Shown: positions 57,366-64,000 of the stretch, piece by piece
Layout: the number at the start of each line of letters is the position of its first letter
Position numbering within the stretch: the stretch's first letter is position 1
Assembly (NCBI GenBank): GCA_965230995.1
Contig: OZ246398.1
Span: forward strand, 592,213-656,212
Direction of reading: 5' to 3'
DNA: 64,000 nt
Source: an uncultured Candidatus Saccharibacteria bacterium
GTDB lineage: Bacteria > Patescibacteriota > Minisyncoccia > Phycocordibacterales > G965230995
The notes under the pieces: model-generated
Told to the model about the DNA's origin: nothing
The model's input: only the letters and a program-made list of their open reading frames with translations
Databases searched by the model: none
Made by a program: the position numbers and the translations under genes

Positions 57366-59276
57366 ATGGATAAACAGGAAGAAAGAGATCTAGTGATTAT
57401 AGATGTCTTTCCTATAGACAAAGGAACAACCCTTTCTTCCCTCTCCTTTTTTACTAGTGAAAAGACAGATATTGGCGATACTGTTACTGTACCCATCAGA
57501 GGCAAAAGCACACACGCAATAGTCACATCCATAAGACACATAAAAGATGCAAAGTCTGAATTAAAAAAAGCGAGCTTTTCCCTAAAAAAGGCAAGTGGTC
57601 TAAAACCAAAAAAAATACTGAGCGAAGATTTTATTCTTGCAGTCAAAGACACTGCGGAATATTTTGGTACAACAGCGGGCGCCGTTATATCTCTCTTGGT
57701 ACCAAAAGCGATACTCCAAACAAAACCACTCAAAGTAGAGAAAAATGATTTGCCATCCCAAGACAGATTTGAAAACTTTGTAATTCAAACAGACGAAAAA
57801 GAACGCTATGCAAATTACAGAGGTTTGATTAGAGAAGAATTTGCAAAATCTTGCTCTGTATTCTTTTGTGTTCCTACCATTGCGGATGCAAAAAATGCCG
57901 AAGCCAATCTTTCAAAAGGAATTGAAAAATACACTTTTGTCCTCCATGGAAATTTGAGCAAAGAAGAATTTGAAAAAAATCTAAAAGAAGCGATATCCTG
58001 CAATCATCCAGTCGTGATTATTGGCACAGCAGGAAACATTTCTATTCAGAGGTATGATATCCGAACTATAATTGTCGAAAAAGAAAGCAGTTCTGCATAC
58101 AAAACAATACAAAGACCATTTCTAGATATAAGAACCGCAATGATATTCATTGCCAAAAGGATGAAAGCCAGAATTGTTTTTGGTGATGATTTGCTTCGAA
58201 TAGAAACCATTTGGAAACAAAAACAAGGAGAATATATAGAAAGCTCCCCTCTAAAATTTAGATCACTTACAACTGCTTCATACAAAATTATCAGCCCAGA
58301 AAAACCGAAAGAGAATGAAGAAAAAAAAGAATTTAGTGTTTTCTTTGGTGATGCATTAGATGTAATCAAACAAGCCAGAATCGCTAGTGAAAGAACTTTG
58401 GTTATTTGTACCAGAAAAGGCCTAGCTCCAATAACAGTTTGTGATGATTGCGGTACTTCAGTAAATTGCAAATCTTGTGGTGCTCCGGTCACCTTGCATG
58501 AAAATCCGAAAGGTAATTTTTTCTTATGCCACAGATGCGGTGAAAGAAGCGAACCAGAGATTTCTTGCGTACAGTGTGGTAGCTGGAGGCTTTCTACATT
58601 GGGTATCGGAACTGATTTGATTGTAAAAAAACTTGAACAAGAACTGCCGAGTGCAAAAATAATCAAAGTAGACGGGACTTCGGTAAAGACTGAAAAACAA
58701 AAGGAGAGAAAATTCCAAGATTTTTATTCTTCTCCGGGTTCGATTATGGTCGGAACTGAAATGGCGCTCAGAAATTTGAGAGAGCCAATTGAACATATTG
58801 TCGTTGCTTCTATTGATTCCCTATTTGCAATGCCAGATTTTAGAGTGTACGAGAGGATTATACATATGATTCTCAACATAAAAGAAAAGGCAACAAAAAC
58901 AATTACAATACAAACCAGAAATAGTGATAAAAAAATATTAGAATACGCACTATCTGGAAACCTGCTCGATTTCTACAAAGAAGACATAGAAGATAGAAAA
59001 AAAATGTTTTATCCGCCATTTTCGGTCTTGGTCAAAATCACACTGACCGGAGAAAAGAAAAAAATAATATCCCAAATGCAGGAACTACAAGATTCAGTCG
59101 GCAAGGAAACTATAGATGTCTTCCCTGCCTTTGTATCCAAAAAAAACAACAAAGTAAGTATGCATGCCCTTCTCAGATTTGATTCAAAAAGGTGGCCAGA
59201 TAAAGAAATTTTGGAAAAACTAAGACTACTTCCGCCAAGCGCCGAAATAGACGTCGAACCAGAGACAATACTGTAA
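57366..59276 (+). CDS. priA: PriA-like primosomal protein with degenerate ATPase motifs.
   Basis: PriA-type N-terminal 3'-binding domain and paired CxxC zinc ribbons (CDDCG...CKSCG...CHRCG...CVQCG). EKERYANY replaces Walker A GxGKT. Confidence 0.55.
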   Translation: MDKQEERDLVIIDVFPIDKGTTLSSLSFFTSEKTDIGDTVTVPIRGKSTHAIVTSIRHIKDAKSELKKASFSLKKASGLKPKKILSEDFILAVKDTAEYFGTTAGAVISLLVPKAILQTKPLKVEKNDLPSQDRFENFVIQTDEKERYANYRGLIREEFAKSCSVFFCVPTIADAKNAEANLSKGIEKYTFVLHGNLSKEEFEKNLKEAISCNHPVVIIGTAGNISIQRYDIRTIIVEKESSSAYKTIQRPFLDIRTAMIFIAKRMKARIVFGDDLLRIETIWKQKQGEYIESSPLKFRSLTTASYKIISPEKPKENEEKKEFSVFFGDALDVIKQARIASERTLVICTRKGLAPITVCDDCGTSVNCKSCGAPVTLHENPKGNFFLCHRCGERSEPEISCVQCGSWRLSTLGIGTDLIVKKLEQELPSAKIIKVDGTSVKTEKQKERKFQDFYSSPGSIMVGTEMALRNLREPIEHIVVASIDSLFAMPDFRVYERIIHMILNIKEKATKTITIQTRNSDKKILEYALSGNLLDFYKEDIEDRKKMFYPPFSVLVKITLTGEKKKIISQMQELQDSVGKETIDVFPAFVSKKNNKVSMHALLRFDSKRWPDKEILEKLRLLPPSAEIDVEPETIL

Positions 59277-59313
59277 ATCTTCCATTTTTCATAAAAAAAG
59301 CTATAGTTAACCT

Positions 59314-59802
59314 ATGAACGAGATTGTCCAGGTCGGAAATGAAGTCCTAAGGGAAAAAGCAAAACACATTCTTGTGTCTGAAATTACCTCTGAAAAAATT
59401 CAGAAAATAGTCGACAGAATGAAAAAAGCATTGGCTTCACAAGATGACGGTGTGGCAATTGCTGCCCCACAAATAGGCGAACCGCTTAGAATTTTTGTCG
59501 TCGCTGGAAAAGTTTGGAAAACAGACGGCGAACCAGTACCAGAAGACAAAACATACATAAACCCTGTGATATTGAAGAGATCTCGCAAAAAGAGCTCGAT
59601 GGAAGAAGGTTGTCTTTCAGTACGAGGTCTATTTGGTCAAATAAAAAGACATGAAAAGGTAACAATCGAAGCCTACGATGAAACTGGGACAAAATTTACA
59701 CAAGGTGCCTCTGGCTTACTTGCCCAAATTTTTCAACACGAAACTGACCATCTAGAGGGCAAACTTTTTATCGATGAAGCAACACACCTAGTCGATGCAT
59801 AA
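59314..59802 (+). CDS. def: Peptide deformylase.
   Basis: GVAIAAPQIG, EGCLS and QHETDHLEG motifs. Confidence 0.9.
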   Translation: MNEIVQVGNEVLREKAKHILVSEITSEKIQKIVDRMKKALASQDDGVAIAAPQIGEPLRIFVVAGKVWKTDGEPVPEDKTYINPVILKRSRKKSSMEEGCLSVRGLFGQIKRHEKVTIEAYDETGTKFTQGASGLLAQIFQHETDHLEGKLFIDEATHLVDA

Positions 59803-60673
59803 TATGAACAAATCATTTGTATTTTGGGGTAGTGATGAATTTTCTGTAAAAGTTCTTGAAGTAATAATTTCAAGTAGTTTTATGCCTACAGCAATAATTA
59901 CAGTGCCACCAAAACCAGTTGGCAGAAAAAAGATTATAACCCCTACCCCAATTGCTCTATTTGCAAAAGAAAAAAATATTAGACTGATAGAAGAGGAAAA
60001 TATAAAAAGTGATTCATTTGCAAATGAATATAAAGGTATTAATCCCGATATTGCAATTGTCGCTTCATACGGAAAAATAATTCCAACTGAAATTCTAAAT
60101 ACTCCAAAATATAAAACTTTTAATGTTCACCCTTCACTATTACCAAAATGGCGAGGGGCAACACCTATTGAGCACACAATAATGCATGATGATATTGCAG
60201 GAGTAACAATTATTGAATTGGATGAAAAAATGGATCATGGCCCTATTGTCTTTCAAAAGGAAATCTCAATGAAAGATCCGGATTCAAACCCACTTTATTA
60301 TTCAGAATTGAGAGATATTCTTGCACAAAATGGAGGGCAGATGATTGTAGAGCTTTTACAAACAGTACCAGAAATAGAAAAAACACCACAAAATCATTCC
60401 GAGGCGACTTTTACAAAATTACTTTCAAAAGGTGATGGAAAAATAGACTTGATGGATAACCCATATTTGAATATCAGAAAAATCAGAGCGCTATCTAATT
60501 GGCCAGAAACATATTTTTTACACAAAAACGGCGACAAGGAAATAAGAGTCATAATTAAAGAAGCGCAAATCGAAAACAACACGCTTGTTTTGAAGCGTGT
60601 TATTCCAGAGGGTAAAAAAGAAATGGATTTTGAATCTTTTAAAAGGGGCTATTTAGAAAGAAAGTCCTCTTAA
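59795..60673 (+). CDS. fmt: Methionyl-tRNA formyltransferase.
   Basis: HPSLLPKWRGATPI motif. Overlaps the def stop. Confidence 0.85.
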   Translation: MHNMNKSFVFWGSDEFSVKVLEVIISSSFMPTAIITVPPKPVGRKKIITPTPIALFAKEKNIRLIEEENIKSDSFANEYKGINPDIAIVASYGKIIPTEILNTPKYKTFNVHPSLLPKWRGATPIEHTIMHDDIAGVTIIELDEKMDHGPIVFQKEISMKDPDSNPLYYSELRDILAQNGGQMIVELLQTVPEIEKTPQNHSEATFTKLLSKGDGKIDLMDNPYLNIRKIRALSNWPETYFLHKNGDKEIRVIIKEAQIENNTLVLKRVIPEGKKEMDFESFKRGYLERKSS

Positions 60674-61015
60674 CATCTTTTTTATTGATTGCTTTCCTTT
60701 TTTCCAAACTGTATCTTTTTTCTCTTTTCTATTTTTAAGGACACTCACTAGTTCGTCTTTTGCAATATCAATTCCAGCAAAAAGACTTTCTTGTTCTGTC
60801 TTTGCAAAGAAAGTCTGACCATCTGATACCAAATTAATTTCTACTGCGTAGACCTCACCATTCTTATGGTGATTTGTGTCTCTACCGAGTTTTACATCGG
60901 CGAGAGCTGACATGCTATTTTTTAGCAATTTTTCAACTGACCCCAGTCTCTTTTCTAGATAAGAATTTATCTCTGGTGTTAGTTCTATGTTATTTGCTGT
61001 TGTTTGTATTTTCAT
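60653..61015 (-). CDS. hpf: Ribosome hibernation promoting factor (HPF/RaiA short form).
   Basis: MKIQTTANNIELTPEINSYLEKRL. Confidence 0.8.
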   Translation of the reverse strand: MKIQTTANNIELTPEINSYLEKRLGSVEKLLKNSMSALADVKLGRDTNHHKNGEVYAVEINLVSDGQTFFAKTEQESLFAGIDIAKDELVSVLKNRKEKKDTVWKKGKQSIKKMLRGLSF

Positions 61016-61138
61016 TTCTGAAAAATTATTTTTTAATCTCCGTAGACAAATCTAACGAGTTTTCTCGCTTTAAAATTTGTTTTTTACGGAACCTCTTTGT
61101 ATATATAATATCACAAAACGACACAGTAAACATCTTCC

Positions 61139-61387
61139 CTATTTTTCATTTTTGATGTCTATACTGAGCATTTTTTTGGGGCTGTGATGACCGCTTATTA
61201 TTCTAACAGCCGATACCGGTACAGACATAGTTTTTGACATAATCTCTCTTATGCGGTTGTTTGCTAGATTCTGCTTTGCTTTTTCTTTTACAGATATACA
61301 AAAAGAGCTGTCGCTAGTTTTTTCGACTTTTTCTTTTTTACTTCCTGCTGTAACTGACACCTTTATATACATATTTATATTATACAC
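61139..61387 (-). CDS. DUF167/YggU-family protein.
   Basis: Pattern V.V.V..AK...........L.V..........AN..L...LA..L.V....V.II.G..S..K. Confidence 0.5.
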   Translation of the reverse strand: MYNINMYIKVSVTAGSKKEKVEKTSDSSFCISVKEKAKQNLANNRIREIMSKTMSVPVSAVRIISGHHSPKKMLSIDIKNEK

Positions 61388-61434
61388 ACAAAAACGACCC
61401 TTGCGGGTCGTTTTTGTTTTGTAGATAGCGAGGA

Positions 61435-61641
61435 TTAAGCCTCAACTTTTTCTACGTTCACAGCGTTAGGTCCTTTCTCTCCCTGTGCAACTTCGAAAGT
61501 AACGGCATCTCCTTCTCTAAGAGAATTGAATGGTACGTTCTTTACTTCGTTTGCATGGAAGAAAAGATCCTTCTGCTCTCCTTCACGAGATATGAAGCCG
61601 AAGCCTCGATCTGTGATTCGAACAATAGTTCCTTTCTGCAT
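61435..61641 (-). CDS. cspA: Cold-shock protein (CSD).
   Basis: MQKGTIVRITDRGFGFI with RNP1/RNP2 motifs. Confidence 0.9.
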   Translation of the reverse strand: MQKGTIVRITDRGFGFISREGEQKDLFFHANEVKNVPFNSLREGDAVTFEVAQGEKGPNAVNVEKVEA

Positions 61642-61771
61642 TTGAAGAAATATAACTAATTCTACTAAATCAAACGCTCTCCGTACGAAATACTCAACCT
61701 TTTATTTCTTCAAAGACAGCTATTTGATGGAGATATGATACCACTTATTGAGATTTTACGCAATAGCTATT

Positions 61772-62524
61772 TTAGCCCTTTTTGTAGCCATCGAAAGCCT
61801 TGAGGATCTCGAGTGGCACGGCAAAGACAACAGTATTAGACTGGTCTGATGATATGTCATTTATCGACTGGAGTGTCCTCAAATGCAAAGCCCCAGGCGT
61901 TTTACTGAGCGTTTCTGCTGCCATTGCAATATTCTGTGACGCTGCCAATTCCCCTTCGGAATTAATTATGACGGCTCTTTTTTCTCTTTCTGCTTCTGCT
62001 TGTTTTGCAATCGTTCTTGCCATACTCTCTGGTAAAGATACATCTTTTAATTCAACGTTGTTTACCTTGAGTCCCCAAGCATCAGTTTCTTTGTCAACAA
62101 TTAATCTTATCTTGTCAGCAATTTTGTCACGGCTAGATAGGAGTTCGTCGAGAGTGACTTCACCAACAATATTTCTCATCGTCGTCTGTGCATATTGAGA
62201 TATTGCATATTCAAAATCTTCGACAACGATAATTGCCTTTTCTGCAGACGAAACAAAGTAATAAATAACCGCATTAACTTTGACCGAGACGTTGTCCTTT
62301 GTAATTGCATCTTGATCTGGAACATCTACTGCTTTTACTCGCATATCAACTTTTTGGAAAGATTGGAATATTGGTATTACAATTCTCCAACCTGGTTCCA
62401 TAATTCCAGAATATCTACCCAAGGTGAACCTAACACCCCTTTCGTACTGGTTTATCTGTTTTATTGAGATTACAACCACAACAAAAACAAACACCCAAAT
62501 AGGAAAAGTTTCTATTGAAAACAT
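61772..62524 (-). CDS. SPFH/band-7 (stomatin/HflC-like) protein.
   Basis: N-terminal TM, SPFH domain and C-terminal coiled coil. Confidence 0.8.
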   Translation of the reverse strand: MFSIETFPIWVFVFVVVVISIKQINQYERGVRFTLGRYSGIMEPGWRIVIPIFQSFQKVDMRVKAVDVPDQDAITKDNVSVKVNAVIYYFVSSAEKAIIVVEDFEYAISQYAQTTMRNIVGEVTLDELLSSRDKIADKIRLIVDKETDAWGLKVNNVELKDVSLPESMARTIAKQAEAEREKRAVIINSEGELAASQNIAMAAETLSKTPGALHLRTLQSINDISSDQSNTVVFAVPLEILKAFDGYKKG

Positions 62525-62558
62525 ATAAATTTTATTATCTAGTAATAGCTATATTATA

Positions 62559-62732
62559 CTACCAATCAAGGGTGTGTATATAGAAAAGGAGACCCGGAAC
62601 GAGAGAAATTACTAGAATAAAATTCCAGCTGAAGGTGCCGTAATCAAGGATATGTGTTACCAGATATGTAATTCCAGCCAAGATTCCGACCGAATATACA
62701 TAACCGGCCATTCCAAATACTATCTGTACCAT
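62559..62732 (-). CDS. 57-aa two-TM membrane peptide immediately upstream of the SPFH gene.
   Basis: MVQIVFGMAGYVYSVGILAGITYLVTHILDYGTFSWNFILVISLVPGLLFYIHTLDW. Below the ORF-track cut-off. Position recalls NfeD-like partners of stomatins. Confidence 0.3.
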   Translation of the reverse strand: MVQIVFGMAGYVYSVGILAGITYLVTHILDYGTFSWNFILVISLVPGLLFYIHTLDW

Positions 62733-62822
62733 AAAATAAAATTATAGAACTCTGGAGCAAAAAATCAACAGGAACAAAAAAATGGCTTTCGCCATTTTTT
62801 TGTTCAAAATATTTTAACCTAT

Positions 62823-63491
62823 TTATTTTGTAGCAACCAAATCAAATGCAACTGTAAAATTGTCATCGATTACATTATTTTTTAGGTTATCAAAGAATGA
62901 TCCGGAACCGTAAATTATTCCCCACTTTGTTCTATCTATTACCGCCACCCCTTTTATACGAAGCTCACCGTTTTCCATATACATTTGTGCCGGAAACAGC
63001 ACCTCACCCTTTTTTCCTTTTACCTCAAGATCACCTGCAATATATCTTCCATCTTCTATAGGTGGAATCTTTAATTCAAATGTCGATGTCGGGTATGTTG
63101 CAACATCAAAAAAATCTTTTGATTTTAGGTGTCTTGTAAGATTTTCTGCTCCAACACCAGTACCTGTTTTAACTGCCATAATACTATCCATATCCATTAC
63201 AACCTTTCCTCCTGACACTCTACCTTCGGAAACTACAATTGTGCCCGACTTAACTTTAATTGTTCCTTCATCTTTGTAACCATCAATCAAAGTCTTTTTT
63301 CCTTCCCAAAGACCGGTTGTTCTCTCTATAGAAACAGTATATGTACCTTCGGGTAACATTTCACTTTCTCTAACAGAAATATCATTTTGTAATTGCGAAA
63401 TAGCAGTATCTTTTTTACCACCAAGGAAAATAACGAGACCCACAATCACTACCACCAGAATTACAACAGCTACTATATATTTTGAATTCAT
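62823..63491 (-). CDS. YceI-like polyisoprenoid-binding protein (membrane-anchored).
   Basis: LTRHLKSKDFFDVATYPTSTFE matches the YceI core. N-terminal TM. Confidence 0.65.
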   Translation of the reverse strand: MNSKYIVAVVILVVVIVGLVIFLGGKKDTAISQLQNDISVRESEMLPEGTYTVSIERTTGLWEGKKTLIDGYKDEGTIKVKSGTIVVSEGRVSGGKVVMDMDSIMAVKTGTGVGAENLTRHLKSKDFFDVATYPTSTFELKIPPIEDGRYIAGDLEVKGKKGEVLFPAQMYMENGELRIKGVAVIDRTKWGIIYGSGSFFDNLKNNVIDDNFTVAFDLVATK

Positions 63492-63587
63492 ACCTATAAT
63501 ATTAATTTGTATATCTGCATTATAGCAATATAAAAACAGGCTGTGGGTTTAAAAAACTACACACAATTTTTTATGGATTTTGTCTAT

Positions 63588-64000
63588 CTACTGCAGAATA
63601 TAGTACCAAGCAAGAACAATCAGCAATACTGCATAAATATAATCAGAACCAAAATATCTTAGAAAATTTAGAACCTTTATTAGAAAATAAAAAGGATAAG
63701 CAAAAATATGCCAAACAGCCAAATGTTCTCTAATCTGTCTTCTGCTGTAATCTAGAACCACACCCGCATCAGCATCGCTCGGGAAGCTGTGGCTTCCAAA
63801 AGAAAACGCTACCCACAATAGTATCGCTTTTTTTAATTCAAATATGTTTCCATCCATAGAAAAAGCAATTCCCGCCAACAGAAAACAAAAGAAGGTATTT
63901 ACAAAAATTGGTCCAGTAGAAATTAAAAAGGTATCAAAAAAACTTTGAGCTGGTTCATGCAAAACATATCCTGCTTCCCTTCCTCTAAATTGCAAATATT
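63588..64000 (-). CDS. Polytopic membrane protein, possibly 5'-truncated by the window edge.
   Basis: Hydrophobic helices. ORF start lies within 5 nt of the window end. Confidence 0.35.
   Translation of the reverse strand, partial: YLQFRGREAGYVLHEPAQSFFDTFLISTGPIFVNTFFCFLLAGIAFSMDGNIFELKKAILLWVAFSFGSHSFPSDADAGVVLDYSRRQIREHLAVWHIFAYPFYFLIKVLNFLRYFGSDYIYAVLLIVLAWYYILQ

Noticed and set aside
1-64000. Looked for CRISPR arrays, rRNA genes, and transposase or integrase genes.
   Set aside because: No regularly spaced short direct repeats, no rRNA-like conserved strings, and no recognisable DDE or tyrosine-recombinase motifs were seen.

Overview
This window reads as an AT-rich bacterial chromosome segment with mostly small, tightly packed genes. 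Gene content and architecture resemble Candidate Phyla Radiation (Patescibacteria)-type genomes; this is inferred from gene style, not computed.

Core content:
- Six aminoacyl-tRNA synthetases: ValRS (C-terminal part), LysRS, TrpRS, AspRS, CysRS and ProRS.
- A dcw/elongasome complement split into two blocks: mraY-ftsW-murG-M23 on the + strand, and mraZ-rsmH-ftsL-ftsI-murF plus mreBCD-mrdA on the - strand.
- scpAB, dnaB, recR, priA-like, def-fmt, frr, rseP, holB-like, ribosomal proteins L9/L21/L27, hpf, cspA, one tRNA-Glu(CUC), and two orphan sensor histidine kinases.

The AT-rich backbone is interrupted by several conspicuously GC-richer patches (judged by eye, not computed). Many of these carry small ORFs with near-consensus Shine-Dalgarno sites and GC-rich hairpin terminators.

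Most notable:
1. A C-protein-controlled restriction-modification island next to tRNA-Glu. Its cytosine-5 DNA methyltransferase is translationally fused to a complete LexA repressor, with the Ala-Gly cleavage site and the Ser/Lys autoprotease dyad present.
2. A family of small basic peptides (two paralogs sharing N-x4-N-x-RG-x-PV-x-GTG). One sits before an M16 (HxxEH) peptidase and the other before a SAM methyltransferase, between two sensor kinases. This could be a peptide-processing or RiPP-like locus.
3. A SET - Cys-rich peptide - SET gene trio.
4. A T-box riboswitch leader on aspS.
5. An HTH(XRE)-MurA fusion.
6. A GC-rich prephenate-dehydratase-like mini-island whose two transcription units carry a duplicated palindromic operator.
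7. A ~430-bp GC-rich structured non-coding element flanked by 15-bp perfect direct repeats beside the tRNA.
8. A GC-rich lysis-cassette-like island with a signal-less Rpf/lysozyme-like transglycosylase and small membrane proteins.
9. MraZ-box direct repeats upstream of mraZ.
10. A PriA-like protein lacking Walker A.

No CRISPR array, rRNA, transposase or integrase was recognised.
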